From assembly GCA_034530875.2 (NCBI GenBank), contig JAVRCJ020000013.1, forward strand, positions 1 to 64,000: a stretch of 64,000 nt of DNA, given 5' to 3'. The number at the start of each line of letters is the position of its first letter. Positions within the stretch are counted from its first letter, which is position 1. The notes under the pieces were generated by a model that saw only the letters and a program-made list of their open reading frames with translations, was not told the origin of the DNA and ran no database searches. Source of the DNA: Nostoc sp. DedSLP01. Lineage in GTDB: Bacteria; Cyanobacteriota; Cyanobacteriia; Cyanobacteriales; Nostocaceae. The position numbers and the translations under genes were made by a program. Below, piece by piece: positions 50,945 through 62,187 of the stretch.

Positions 50945-51075
50945 TTAAAAATGATTTTTAGCCTACAACTTGGCTTTGTTTGAAAGTAATATTCAGAATC
51001 TACTCATACAGAATCATTCTGAATTCTGACTCCTGAGTTCTGAATTTTTATTTAGAAAATACTAGGATATTTTTG

Positions 51076-52437
51076 ATGGTTACTTATAATAATATTCTGG
51101 AAGCAGTTGGTAGAACTCCCCTGATGAAACTTAATAATATTAGCCAAGAAATTCAATCAACAATTTATTGCAAAGTAGAATATCTCAATCCTGGTGGTAG
51201 CACAAAAGATAGAATAGCTCTTGCCATGATTGAAGCGGCAGAGAAAACAGGTCAACTGCAACCTGGTGGAACAATAATTGAAGCGACAGCAGGAAATACT
51301 GGAGTTGGTCTGGCGCTAATCGCTGCGGTTAAAAAATATCGATGCATATTTGTAATGCCAGATAAGATGAGCCAGGATAAAATTAACTTACTTAAAGCTT
51401 ATGGAGCAGAAGTAGTAATTACTCCTACATCTGTTCCTCCTGACTCTCCAGAAAGTTTCAACGGAGTAGCAGAAAGACTTGCTAAAGAAATAGTCGGAGC
51501 TTATCGACCCGATCAATTTGCTAATCCGAATAATCCGTTAGCCCATTACTTAACGACTGGGCCAGAGATTTGGTCAGATACTAATGGTAAAGTTGATATT
51601 TTTGTGGCTGCAATGGGAACAGGCGGCACAATTTCGGGTGTTGGCAAATATCTCAAAGAACAAAATCCAAATATAGTAATTGTTGGTGCAGATCCAGAAG
51701 GTTCAATTTTCTCTGGTGACACACCCAAACTGTATAAAGTCGAGGGAATTGGTGAAGACTTTATTCCGAAAAATTTTAACCGCCAAGTCATAGATGAAAT
51801 GGTCAGAGTTAGCGATAAAGAGTCTTTTAATATGGCTCGTCATCTGGCACGAGAAGAAGGCTTACTAGTCGGAGGTTCTTGCGGCACAGCATTAGCAGGA
51901 GCTTTAAAATACGCAGCTAGATTATCAGAACCTAAGCAAATCGTCGTTCTGTTACCAGATACTGGCAGAAACTATATCAATAAAATCTATTCTGATGCCT
52001 GGATGCAGGAAAATGATTTTTGGGAAGAAAAAACCAGAAAAATCACAAAAGTTGAAGATTTACTTGTGAATAAAAAAGATTTTCCTTCACTTATTTGTGT
52101 GAATCCGCAGGACACATTGAGTCAAGTTATCGAAGTTATGCAAAAATTGAATATTTCCCAAGTTCCAGTTATTGAAAATAATCATGTTATTGGTAGCTTA
52201 AATGAAGCCGCGTTAATGAAACTATTACATGAAGGTATCAATTTTTCTAATCAAAAAGTTGCGGCTGTGATGGGTAAACCTTTACCAATGGTAGATGAAA
52301 AAGTAGATATTTCTGAAGCTTATCGAATTCTTTTGTCTGGCACTAGCGGGCTAATAATTAAGTGCAATGATATTCCTATAGGATTAGTTAATCGAACTGA
52401 TTTAATTAAATATTGGGTAAACGAAACCGAGGGCTAA
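51076..52437 (+). CDS. Cystathionine beta-synthase-like PLP enzyme with C-terminal CBS pair
   Basis: NPGGSTKDR, EATAGNTG, GTGGT, VEGIG, LPDTGRNY; ISQVPV CBS domains. Confidence 0.88.
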   Translation: MVTYNNILEAVGRTPLMKLNNISQEIQSTIYCKVEYLNPGGSTKDRIALAMIEAAEKTGQLQPGGTIIEATAGNTGVGLALIAAVKKYRCIFVMPDKMSQDKINLLKAYGAEVVITPTSVPPDSPESFNGVAERLAKEIVGAYRPDQFANPNNPLAHYLTTGPEIWSDTNGKVDIFVAAMGTGGTISGVGKYLKEQNPNIVIVGADPEGSIFSGDTPKLYKVEGIGEDFIPKNFNRQVIDEMVRVSDKESFNMARHLAREEGLLVGGSCGTALAGALKYAARLSEPKQIVVLLPDTGRNYINKIYSDAWMQENDFWEEKTRKITKVEDLLVNKKDFPSLICVNPQDTLSQVIEVMQKLNISQVPVIENNHVIGSLNEAALMKLLHEGINFSNQKVAAVMGKPLPMVDEKVDISEAYRILLSGTSGLIIKCNDIPIGLVNRTDLIKYWVNETEG

Positions 52438-52462
52438 TTAAGGTAATTGGAGAGTAATAATT

Positions 52463-53842
52463 TTGAATGATTTGGTGTTTTTAGCTGCTCATCAATTGAC
52501 AAAAGCAATCCGCGATCGCCAAGTCTCTTCACAAGAAGTAATAGAAGCTTATCTGAGTCACATTGCTCAACACAACCCAAGATTAAATGCCATTGTGACA
52601 CTGGATGCCGAAAATGCGATCGCCCAATCGAAAGCAGCAGATAAAGCATTAGCTCAAGGGGAAAATTGGGGAGTCTTACATGGAGTACCCGTAACTATTA
52701 AAGACACCTTAGAAACCAAAGGATTACGCACAACCAGCAGTTATCCACCCCTAGCCAATTATGTCCCACAGCAAGATGCTACCGTCGTCGCTCGACTACG
52801 CGCCGCAGGAGCAATTATTTTGGGCAAGACGAATACACCACAACTAGCTGATAACTTCCAAACAAATAGTCCTCTGTTTGGTAGAACAAATAATCCCTGG
52901 AATCTTGAGTGTACCCCAGGCGGTAGCACTGGGGGTGGAGCGAGTGCGATCGCTGCTGGTTTATCTCCTCTGGAACTTGGTAGCGATATTGGTGGGTCAA
53001 TCCGCGTTCCAGCTCACTTTTGTGGCATTTTCGGCTTTAAACCAACCGAGCATCGAGTACCAACATCTGGACATATTCCAGAGTTGCCAGGAACACCTAA
53101 AACTATCCACCACCTACAAACAATAGGGCCTCTTGCTCGCTCTGTAGAAGACTTGCGATTGTGTCTGTCACTGATTCAAGATTCAGATCCTGCCCAACCA
53201 GAATTAATAGGGATATCTACACAAGCGAACCCAGCAAGCACGCTACAATCTTACCGCTACAGTTGGACAGAAGGGTTTGGCGATATTCCAGCAACAACAG
53301 AAACCAAAGCTGCTCTTAAGAAATTAGCATCATCCTTGGCAGATCTAGGATGTTCTATAGAGCAACACAACGAACCGCCAAATTTTGATAGCAAAGCAAT
53401 ACGGGATATTTACCTCACTATTTATAATTTTGAATTGGGTTTATCAGAGCCAGAGCTAACGCAGACTCAACAGCAACAACAATATGCCAACGCCCTCATT
53501 GAGCGCGATATTCTCATTGCTAATATTGAAGGTTTCTTATCTAATTCGGATGCTTGGCTGTGTCCAGTGGTGCCAGTGCCTGCCTTCACCCACCGTCAAA
53601 CAGAAGAACCAATTGAGGTGGATGGTCAAAAGTTTCCTTATTGGACAACAATAGGTGCTTACATGACAATTTTCAACTTAACTGGTAACCCTGCCGTAGT
53701 GCTGCCCTTTACGCAGTCACAAGAGGGACTACCCATCGGCATCCAAATTGTAGGACGGCGTAGAAGCGATATGAAACTGCTAGAGATTGCCGAAAAATTA
53801 ACTCAAGCCACTGGTTTTTTTCAACGCCCACCCGGTTATTAG
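52463..53842 (+). CDS. Amidase-signature enzyme
   Basis: GVPVTIKD, GKTN, PGGSTGG, GSDIGGSIRVPAHFCG. Confidence 0.92.
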   Translation: MNDLVFLAAHQLTKAIRDRQVSSQEVIEAYLSHIAQHNPRLNAIVTLDAENAIAQSKAADKALAQGENWGVLHGVPVTIKDTLETKGLRTTSSYPPLANYVPQQDATVVARLRAAGAIILGKTNTPQLADNFQTNSPLFGRTNNPWNLECTPGGSTGGGASAIAAGLSPLELGSDIGGSIRVPAHFCGIFGFKPTEHRVPTSGHIPELPGTPKTIHHLQTIGPLARSVEDLRLCLSLIQDSDPAQPELIGISTQANPASTLQSYRYSWTEGFGDIPATTETKAALKKLASSLADLGCSIEQHNEPPNFDSKAIRDIYLTIYNFELGLSEPELTQTQQQQQYANALIERDILIANIEGFLSNSDAWLCPVVPVPAFTHRQTEEPIEVDGQKFPYWTTIGAYMTIFNLTGNPAVVLPFTQSQEGLPIGIQIVGRRRSDMKLLEIAEKLTQATGFFQRPPGY

Positions 53843-53999
53843 AAATTTCAATAGGGTGTGGGGTGTAGGGGAAGATTTTTTACCAAGAAAGGGGAAAAGG
53901 GGAAGGGGTAAAGGGATGAATTTTTTAACGCATGTATCTTTTCCCTTTCCCCTTTAACCGAACCGTATTGCGCACACACCCCTCAAAATTGTGGATGCG

Positions 54000-55244
54000 T
54001 CAAGCTTTTCCCGCCACAACCGATTTTTGTTCCAAAAGTTCAATTGCTGCTTGATATTGCAGATCCTCAGTTGTACCAATCTGTTCGCGGCTAATTGGTT
54101 CTTGGGAAATAACTTTATCTGGCTTAATACCGAGTTTATTAATATCCCGATGTTGAGGAGTTTCATACTTAGCAATTGTGACTGCCAAGCCCGAACCATC
54201 TGACAATTCAAACAAAGATTGAATTAAGCCCTTGCCAAAAGTGGTTTCGCCTACCAATATTGCACGTTCGTTATCTTGGAGTGCGCCAGCGAGAATCTCA
54301 CTGGCACTAGCAGTTCCTTGATTCACCAAAATCACGAGAGGATCGTTTGTTAGTGCTTGCCCAGCAGCTTCAAAACTACCTTGAATGCCTTGTCGGTTGA
54401 CAGTGTAGACAATAGTGCCGGAGTCTAACCACAAACGAGCGATTTCGATTCCGGCTTGCAATAAACCCCCGGGATTATTTCGCAAATCTAGAATGTAGGC
54501 AGCAGCGCCTTTTTTTTCTAGACTAGAAATAGCGTGTGCCAATTCTGTGGAAGCATTGGCATTAAATTGAGTGAGGCGAAGGTAGCCAATGGGCGTACCT
54601 TGCGTGGAAACACGCAAATCTGAAATCACAGGGTTAAGAGCAATGCGATCGCGTGTCAGTCTAATTTCTGTTTCTGGTTCTCCGTCTCGTTCGATGAGCA
54701 GAGTCACAAGGCTGCCACTAGGGCCCCGCATTTTCGCCGCAGCTTCATCAAGAGTCAGATTTTCAGTGGAAACACCTTCAATTTTGAGAATGCGATCGCG
54801 TGGTTTAATCCCCGCCCTATCTGCTGGCGAACCTGCGATGGGAGCCACTACTTCCAGCTTACCAGTTTCAGCATTGAGAGCAATTTGCAATCCCACTCCC
54901 GTCAGTTCCCCAGAAGTGTTTACCTGTAAGCTGCGGTACTGTTCTGGGTCTAAAAAGCGGGTAAAAGGGTCATCAAGGCTCTTGAGCATATTTTGAATAG
55001 CTGCATAAGCCGCATTGGAATCGCTAAGCGGCTTTTGGAGAACTTCTTGCCGCACTGACGCCCAGTTTTGATGATTAAACGTGTCATCCAGATAAGTACG
55101 ATTGACAATTCGCCAAACTTCTGAAACTAGCTTTTGTTGTGTCGTCAAAGCCATTGCAGGCTGGGTAAGTATACCTAACGCCAAGCAAAACGCCATTACC
55201 AGTGAAAATCCAACTCGAAAAAACTGTTTGTTCATGAACCCCAT
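54000..55244 (-). CDS. ctpA: C-terminal processing protease
   Basis: DPFTRFL, PDZ GVGL, DLRNNPGG, TASASEI, FGKGLIQ; divergent from petB. Confidence 0.9.
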   Translation of the reverse strand: MGFMNKQFFRVGFSLVMAFCLALGILTQPAMALTTQQKLVSEVWRIVNRTYLDDTFNHQNWASVRQEVLQKPLSDSNAAYAAIQNMLKSLDDPFTRFLDPEQYRSLQVNTSGELTGVGLQIALNAETGKLEVVAPIAGSPADRAGIKPRDRILKIEGVSTENLTLDEAAAKMRGPSGSLVTLLIERDGEPETEIRLTRDRIALNPVISDLRVSTQGTPIGYLRLTQFNANASTELAHAISSLEKKGAAAYILDLRNNPGGLLQAGIEIARLWLDSGTIVYTVNRQGIQGSFEAAGQALTNDPLVILVNQGTASASEILAGALQDNERAILVGETTFGKGLIQSLFELSDGSGLAVTIAKYETPQHRDINKLGIKPDKVISQEPISREQIGTTEDLQYQAAIELLEQKSVVAGKA

Positions 55245-55760
55245 TATCAATTCCACCTCAACCCAAATTGCCTAGAAATGCCCAGTTGTCCTGTTGTTGA
55301 TGAAATCTATCTCTCGATTATGTTACTTTTTTTATAGAAGTGGTGCATTGTTCTCATGAAGTTGTTTAATCAACCGAGCGAGTTCATCCCACTCAGCAAA
55401 CGATAAAATCTACTTTGTGTCCACCATTTTCTGTGTTGGCGCATAAAGGGATCGCAATACATTCCATCTTTACAGAGTGTAAAGTTTCTTAAAACTCTTA
55501 GCACGCTGAAAGCTGACAAGCAAACGAAAAAGTGCCCTTTACTAAAATCCCAAAATTGCTAATTGGGAGAGAAGTCTAAGCGGCGGCATCTAGAAAGTCC
55601 GCAAAGGGTTATGCTGCTACTCTAGCCTGTGGCATACCTTGGAACAACGCCTAAAGCCGAACTCACAAGACGCCCAAGCTTAAAACCCTTAAACTTTCGT
55701 CGCCGATTTAGAACTTCGGAATTTATCAAACGCAACCGATTCTTAGGAACTTGAGATTGT

Positions 55761-56408
55761 ATGGCCAACGTTTACGACTGGTTTGAGGAACGCCTGGAAA
55801 TCCAAGCGATCGCTGAAGATGTTACTAGCAAGTACGTCCCTCCCCACGTCAACATCTTTTACTGCCTGGGTGGAATTACCTTAACTTGCTTTCTCATCCA
55901 GTTTGCTACTGGATTTGCCATGACGTTCTACTACAAGCCAACAGTCGCTGAAGCTTTCTCCTCAGTAGAGTACATCATGAATGAAGTTAACTTCGGTTGG
56001 CTCATTCGCTCCATCCATCGCTGGTCTGCCAGCATGATGGTATTGATGATGATTTTGCACGTCTTCCGAGTTTATCTGACTGGTGGTTTCAAAAAGCCCC
56101 GGGAATTGACCTGGGTAAGTGGTGTCATCCTGGCTGTAATCACCGTTTCCTTTGGAGTTACCGGCTATTCTCTGCCTTGGGACCAAGTGGGATACTGGGC
56201 TGTGAAAATCGTTAGCGGTGTACCAGAAGCAATTCCCGTAGTTGGCGTTCTGATCTCCGACTTACTGCGTGGTGGTTCTAGCGTTGGTCAAGCAACACTG
56301 ACTCGTTACTACAGCGCACACACCTTTGTTTTGCCTTGGTTAATTGCAGTTTTCATGCTGTTCCACTTCTTGATGATCCGCAAACAAGGTATTTCCGGGC
56401 CTTTGTAA
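55761..56408 (+). CDS. petB: Cytochrome b6
   Basis: [26 protein letters not shown]; 215 aa. Confidence 0.99.
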   Translation: MANVYDWFEERLEIQAIAEDVTSKYVPPHVNIFYCLGGITLTCFLIQFATGFAMTFYYKPTVAEAFSSVEYIMNEVNFGWLIRSIHRWSASMMVLMMILHVFRVYLTGGFKKPRELTWVSGVILAVITVSFGVTGYSLPWDQVGYWAVKIVSGVPEAIPVVGVLISDLLRGGSSVGQATLTRYYSAHTFVLPWLIAVFMLFHFLMIRKQGISGPL

Positions 56409-56665
56409 TCTCAAAGATTAGCAAAAGGCAACATTTGTCAGTTTGCAGATGAATTTGTTTGTTTTAAACTTATGGAACACAAGAAAATAATTCCATATAA
56501 GTTACAAAAACAAACACTTGCATCCCAGCCAAAAGCTTTAGACGCCCTCTAAAAGGCTGATTGTAGTATAGACATAACGCTGCTTGCCAGATGCTAGGGT
56601 CGCCTAGTAGCTGATGGCTTTGACAAATGCTTTAATCCAACTTAAGCAAGAGAGCACATTTAAAA

Positions 56666-57148
56666 ATGGCAACACAGAAAAAACCCGATCTGAGCGATCC
56701 CAAACTCAGAGCCAAACTGGCTAAAGGTATGGGTCACAATTACTATGGTGAACCAGCTTGGCCTAATGACTTACTTTACGTGTTTCCCATCGTAATTATG
56801 GGTTCCTTCGCTGCGATCGTAGCTTTAGCCGTGCTAGATCCCGCGATGACAGGCGAACCAGCAAATCCTTTCGCAACACCATTGGAAATTTTGCCAGAGT
56901 GGTACTTGTATCCAGTGTTCCAAATTTTGCGATCGCTTCCTAACAAACTTTTGGGAGTGTTAGCAATGGCTTCCGTACCCTTGGGACTAATCCTCGTTCC
57001 TTTTATTGAGAACGTTAATAAGTTCCAAAACCCCTTCCGCCGTCCAGTTGCAACCACAGTATTCCTCTTTGGTACCCTTGTTACCATTTGGCTGGGTATT
57101 GGTGCTGCATTGCCATTGGATAAATCTTTGACCTTGGGACTATTCTAA
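56666..57148 (+). CDS. petD: Cytochrome b6f subunit IV
   Basis: [18 protein letters not shown]; 160 aa. Confidence 0.99.
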   Translation: MATQKKPDLSDPKLRAKLAKGMGHNYYGEPAWPNDLLYVFPIVIMGSFAAIVALAVLDPAMTGEPANPFATPLEILPEWYLYPVFQILRSLPNKLLGVLAMASVPLGLILVPFIENVNKFQNPFRRPVATTVFLFGTLVTIWLGIGAALPLDKSLTLGLF

Positions 57149-57168
57149 ATTAGTCGCCAGAAAGTGTT

Positions 57169-57231
57169 TTGACGCCTGTGAGTTTTAAAAGCATTTGCAA
57201 ATGTGCTTTTAAAAAAATTAACAGGCGTCAA
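57169..57231. terminator. Long hairpin downstream of petD
   Basis: TTGACGCCTGT..TTTTAAAAGCA...TGCTTTTAAAA..ACAGGCGTCAA. Confidence 0.55.
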
Positions 57232-57796
57232 TTTTAATAATCCAGCTTGGATCTTGGATTTGAAATTTTGGATCGACAAGGCTCAAAATTGCGCATCCAC
57301 CAGTCAATCAATTTTGGATTTGAGATTGAAACAGACGACTCTGGATAGCGCTTTGATAGCGCAGCGTAAAGCATTCTCTAAGAGAGGCTTTGCCAACGGC
57401 ATGGCTTCTCTACGAGATGCTGCGCGTAGCTTGCTTCCCCGTAGGGGTACGCGTAGAGCAAATTATCGAGCGTCATATTTTTAATTTAGATAGAACGGAT
57501 TTGTTTCGCCCACTAGGGGGAACCACTGCGGTGGATGAATTAAGAGGTATGAAGCAATTACCATAGAAGCGTGTAGCTTGCTTCGATCGAAGAGTAGCGA
57601 AATAATTTATAATCTAAAATCTCAAATCTCAAATTGCTACGGTCAACAAATACAAACATTTTTCACTTACTTAACGTAAGTTGCTAATTACAACCCTCGA
57701 ATGCCAAAATTGTTCATGTTTTGTATTTTGTTACGCAGAATATGTCAATTTAGATTTCTAGATGTCAGAAAAATTTTGCAAAAAGTGCAAAATTTA

Positions 57797-58282
57797 ATGG
57801 CTAGCAACTTGGGTTTACTTTTATTCAAGTCACAGTTAATGCTTACCATAGTGCAGCAAGACCATCTTACGGTTAAGAGCGAACTCACACTCTTCAACCA
57901 GGTGCTAGAATGGTTTGAGCAATTTTTTCTGCAACATTTGTCTCAACTTGGCTGGTCAAGAACTCAACTCGAAAGCCTCAATTTAGCATTAGTAGAGGGT
58001 TTTACCAACGCTGTTCGTCACGCTCACCGTGCATTACCACCAGAAACAACTATTGACATTGATGTTTATCTGTGGTCTGACCGACTAGAAATCAGAATTT
58101 GGGATTATGGAAAACCTTTCAATCCTGATGGGATTCCAGAGCCAAAGCCAGACGCTCCACAAGAAGGGGGGTATGGATGGGCTATCATCAGGCGTTCGGC
58201 TGACCGTGTTGTTTACGAACGTAGTGCAGATGGTAGAAATTGTCTGCTCATCGTCAAATATTCTACAGAAGCACAAAAGTGA
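57797..58282 (+). CDS. RsbW-like anti-sigma factor / HATPase_c kinase
   Basis: LALVEGFTNAVRHAH, IWDYGKPF, EGGYGW; start uncertain (57701, 57797 or 57839). Confidence 0.85.
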   Translation: MASNLGLLLFKSQLMLTIVQQDHLTVKSELTLFNQVLEWFEQFFLQHLSQLGWSRTQLESLNLALVEGFTNAVRHAHRALPPETTIDIDVYLWSDRLEIRIWDYGKPFNPDGIPEPKPDAPQEGGYGWAIIRRSADRVVYERSADGRNCLLIVKYSTEAQK

Positions 58283-58658
58283 AGGGACACAACAGTGGGT
58301 CAACCTTCTAAGACAGATTTTGGCTAATGTTGAGCCATCCAATGCCAAATATGAACTTTGAGTAGGAGAAATGTCTGCTCTAAATATAAAGTTATTTGAT
58401 TGATAAAAGTATACTGTTTTTCCCAGATATGTAAATCAGAGTAATATGTTTTTTCAGTGAAATTGCTTAACTATATATAATTTTTTAGTGAAAACTCAAA
58501 AAGTCTTCTTGTATAAAAAGAATTAGTGAATACAGTAAAGATAGCATTCGAGTTATAGAAGCTCCTTTGTTAACATTTGTCAGCAGTGTTGAGAGTCTAA
58601 TGTTTGTTCTCCAACAAGTGCGATTTAGTGCCTAAAGAGATAGAGGACATACGGGACT

Positions 58659-59648
58659 ATGACTAAGACAGCCCTAATTACAGGAATCACCGGTCAAGAT
58701 GGCTACTATCTCAGCCATTTGCTACTCAACCGGGGTTACCGAGTTGTAGGGTTGATACCCCCACACCGACAACCTAATTTAACAAAATTGGGAACGCTGG
58801 CAAATCAGGTAGAAATATTTACCGTGGACTTGAGGGATAGTACTGCACTGTTAACTGCTGTTGAACAACTGCGTCCCCAAGAGATTTATAATTTAGCAGC
58901 TCCAAGTTTTGTACCTGATTCCTGGAACGACCCTTTGGGAACTTTAGATTTGATAACTGGTACAGCTACCAGGCTCTTAGAAGCTGTACGACACGTTGGT
59001 TTGTCTACTAGATTTTATCAAGCCAGCAGTTCAGAGATGTTTGGCGATGTATTCTCTTCGCCTCAAGATGAGGAAACTCCTTTTCGCCCGAAAAATCCTT
59101 ATGCTGCCGCTAAGATGCACGCCCACTGGACAATGGTGCATCACAGACAGCGTTATGGACTATTCGCCTGTAGCGGAATTTTATACAATCATGAATCTCC
59201 TCTACGCGCACCTCAGTTTGTCACGCGCAAAGTTTCTTTAGCAGTTGCATCGATTAAATTGGGTTTAACTCACACCTTAGAAATGGGTAACCTAGATGCC
59301 AAGCGCGATTGGGGTTTTGCGGGAGATTATGTAGAAGCTATGTGGCGGATGTTGCAAGTTGATGAACCAGAAGAATACGTGATTGGTACGGGTAAGCTAC
59401 ACAGTGTAAGAGATTTAGTCTCCACAGCCTTCGAGTGTGTGGGATTGAATTGGACGAATCATGTAATTATAAATACTAATTTATTACGGCAAGACGAGCA
59501 TTTTCAATTAGTTGCCAATCCCAGTAAAGCTAAAAGAAACCTGGGTTGGGAACCGCAAGTTAGCTTCGAGGAACTTTTAGAAAAAATGGTAAAAACAGAT
59601 TTAGAGCAGTTACAAAGCGGTGCAATCGCCCCCTTGCCACTAGTGTAA
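58659..59648 (+). CDS. gmd: GDP-mannose 4,6-dehydratase
   Basis: ITGITGQDG, QASSSE, PYAAAK, NHESP, FVTRK, RDWG. Confidence 0.92.
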   Translation: MTKTALITGITGQDGYYLSHLLLNRGYRVVGLIPPHRQPNLTKLGTLANQVEIFTVDLRDSTALLTAVEQLRPQEIYNLAAPSFVPDSWNDPLGTLDLITGTATRLLEAVRHVGLSTRFYQASSSEMFGDVFSSPQDEETPFRPKNPYAAAKMHAHWTMVHHRQRYGLFACSGILYNHESPLRAPQFVTRKVSLAVASIKLGLTHTLEMGNLDAKRDWGFAGDYVEAMWRMLQVDEPEEYVIGTGKLHSVRDLVSTAFECVGLNWTNHVIINTNLLRQDEHFQLVANPSKAKRNLGWEPQVSFEELLEKMVKTDLEQLQSGAIAPLPLV

Positions 59649-59657
59649 ATAACCAAC

Positions 59658-60845
59658 ATGCTCAAAACTACAGCAACAGAAAACCTCAAATTAGGTAATA
59701 AAGTTAACAATAAAACTAGCCATATCTTTGTATTCTTGGAAATTTTTGCCCAGGAAGGGGGCATTCAATCATATATAAAAGATATTTTTCGAGCTTATGG
59801 AAAATTGAATCAAGGCTACAAAGCAGAAGTGTTTTTACTGCGAGATAGCCCTAACTGCTTGAATTCTTTTGAAGGCGAAAATTTAAAATTTCATTACTTT
59901 AAAGATCGCTCTCCCCAGATAGGGAGGGTTAAAATGGCAGCAGCCTTACTTAAGTGTTTATTGCAAAACCGCCCGCAACAAGTTTTCTGCGGTCACATTA
60001 ACTTAGCAATATTAATCCAAACTCTTTGCCAGCCATTGGGGATTCCCTACACGGTGCTAACTTACGGCAAAGAAGTCTGGGAACCGCTAAAAAATCAAGA
60101 ACGTCGCGCCCTAGCATCAGCAGCCGCAATTTGGACAATTAGTCGCTACAGCCGCGATCGCGCTTGTCTTGCCAATGGTCTAGATCCCAAAATGATACAG
60201 ATGATGCCTTGTGCCATTGATGGGGATAAATTCACGCCTGGCGCTAAACAGCCACAATTAGTCGAAAAGTATGGCTTAGCTGGTGCTAAGGTGTTAATGA
60301 CAGTGGCAAGGCTGTGGTCGGGGGATATTTACAAAGGTGTAGATGTCACGATTCGGGCATTACCACAAATCGCACAAGCTTTTCCAGAAGTAAAATATTT
60401 AGTAATTGGTCGCGGTGACGACCAACCGCGATTAGCCCAGCTTGCCAAAGATTTGGGTGTAAGCGATCGCGTCGTCTTTGCTGGTTTCGTTGCCACAGAA
60501 GAATTAATGGAACATTATCGCCTTGCTGATGCCTATATTATGCCTTCTCAAGAAGGCTTCGGCATCGTTTACCTAGAGGCAATGGCTTGTCAAGTACCTG
60601 TATTATCTGGTGATGACGATGGCTCTGCTGACCCCTTGCAAGATGGTAAGCTAGGATGGCGAGTACCACATCGCAACCCTGATGCTGTAGCAGCAGCTTG
60701 TATAGAAATGTTGCAAGGTAACGACCAGCGGTGTAACGGACAGTGGTTGCGAGAACAAGCGATCGCTTTGTTTGGCTTAGATGCCTTCCAGTCAAAGTTG
60801 CAACACCTGCTTCTATCCTCAGCTGTCAGCCCTCATCAAAAATGA
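59658..60845 (+). CDS. Glycosyltransferase family 4
   Basis: VARL..YKG, EGFGIVYLEAMAC. Confidence 0.9.
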   Translation: MLKTTATENLKLGNKVNNKTSHIFVFLEIFAQEGGIQSYIKDIFRAYGKLNQGYKAEVFLLRDSPNCLNSFEGENLKFHYFKDRSPQIGRVKMAAALLKCLLQNRPQQVFCGHINLAILIQTLCQPLGIPYTVLTYGKEVWEPLKNQERRALASAAAIWTISRYSRDRACLANGLDPKMIQMMPCAIDGDKFTPGAKQPQLVEKYGLAGAKVLMTVARLWSGDIYKGVDVTIRALPQIAQAFPEVKYLVIGRGDDQPRLAQLAKDLGVSDRVVFAGFVATEELMEHYRLADAYIMPSQEGFGIVYLEAMACQVPVLSGDDDGSADPLQDGKLGWRVPHRNPDAVAAACIEMLQGNDQRCNGQWLREQAIALFGLDAFQSKLQHLLLSSAVSPHQK

Positions 60846-60889
60846 CCAAAATCGCTATCCTAGAGTGAGAGCAGGACGACATTTAAAAA

Positions 60890-61261
60890 ATGAGCCTTAA
60901 GTCATTTCAGTTGAATCTTTTAAATCTCCGCCCTTGGCTCACTGTGTTAGCGGTTTTTTGGTTGCTAGCATCTTTGGGCTTGGGTTGGTTAGTTAATTCG
61001 TTGCTAATTCTTTTTGGGTTGCTATTGATAGCACCCCTTGTCGCTTTCTTTGGTTTTCGTTGGTGGCTGCAACGCAACTTAGTTGCTGACCAGTGTCCCG
61101 TCTGTGGATATGAATTTACAGGTTTAAATAACAGCCAGGTGCAATGTCCTAACTGTGGTGAGTCGTTGTTAGTACAAAATAGTCATTTTCAACGCTTCGC
61201 ACCAGCAGGTACTATCGATGTCAAAGCAATTGAAGTACCAACCAAATCATTGGAAGATTAG
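60890..61261 (+). CDS. Membrane protein with zinc ribbon
   Basis: Hydrophobic N-terminal half, CPVC...CPNC, GTIDV. Confidence 0.8.
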   Translation: MSLKSFQLNLLNLRPWLTVLAVFWLLASLGLGWLVNSLLILFGLLLIAPLVAFFGFRWWLQRNLVADQCPVCGYEFTGLNNSQVQCPNCGESLLVQNSHFQRFAPAGTIDVKAIEVPTKSLED

Positions 61262-61318
61262 TCATTAGTCATTGGTCATTGGTCATGACTAACTGACAAA
61301 TGACAAATGGCTAAAAGA

Positions 61319-61807
61319 CTATTTCTTTTGTTGGGAGATTGAGAGAACGTAGTTATATTGTTGCCCAGAAAGTTCGCCTACAGACAGCGAGTATTTTCCT
61401 GCTTGCCAGTAACCAGAAAGTTCTGGCTTGTCTCCAGAGTAATTATCTGGTTGGACGCAAAACTTTCCTCCAGGCCCGTCAATTAGCAGGGTTGGCTTTC
61501 CTTGGCTTTCTACTGTTAATCGTAAGTAAGGCAGTGATTCTGTAACCTCGATAATTTGATTGGGTGCAGTGCTAATATTGCCACAGTTGCTTTTGACAGA
61601 ACCACCAGATTGTCCGTTCAAAACTAGTGGATCTGGCTGGAAATTCCGATTAATTTTAATCTGTGGTGTATTTGCTAAATTGGCTTCATTCAGAACCAAA
61701 GCGATCGCCAAAGCTGTCGGAACAATTGTCAATAGACTAAACGTCTTCATTTTGATTAATGCTCCAGATTTTTCTAGAGCAGTATAGTTGTATATACTCT
61801 GACTCAA
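61319..61807 (-). CDS. Hypothetical exported protein
   Basis: Signal-like MKTFSLL...; PTLLIDGPGG.FC and GKYSL motifs; start probably near 61750. Confidence 0.7.
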   Translation of the reverse strand: MSQSIYNYTALEKSGALIKMKTFSLLTIVPTALAIALVLNEANLANTPQIKINRNFQPDPLVLNGQSGGSVKSNCGNISTAPNQIIEVTESLPYLRLTVESQGKPTLLIDGPGGKFCVQPDNYSGDKPELSGYWQAGKYSLSVGELSGQQYNYVLSISQQKK

Positions 61808-62187
61808 TATGACGACAGCTATTTGTACTTTGTTCCAAAAGCTGCCGTATACTTTAATACCATTACAAGATGATTATTTGAGAAATTTGAGATCGGTTTG
61901 AGCTTGCAATACATGTTTGATAACTTGATTTAAGGAATCACTGTTAATATGGTGAATTTAATAGTTCATCTTTGATAATCTTTTTACTGGGTATAATTTT
62001 TACATTTAATTCAGTCTTAATACTAGTTAAAAATGTAAGTTGGAAGATAACAACAAAAAAACATAATTTTTCGCTGCCAAGAAAGGTCTTGCACGCACAT
62101 ACATTAGCTAAAATCACTAACACAACCACCAAAAAATTGGATTGGTATGTTGTTGAACACGTGTCCTAGCTGAGGTATAAAAAATTC

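Noticed and set aside
57203..57484. 93-aa ORF after petD
   Set aside because: Translation of a hairpin and dispersed repeats.
61944..62169. Two ~62-65 aa ORFs in an AT-rich gap
   Set aside because: Weak starts, overlapping on opposite strands, no motif; likely promoter DNA.
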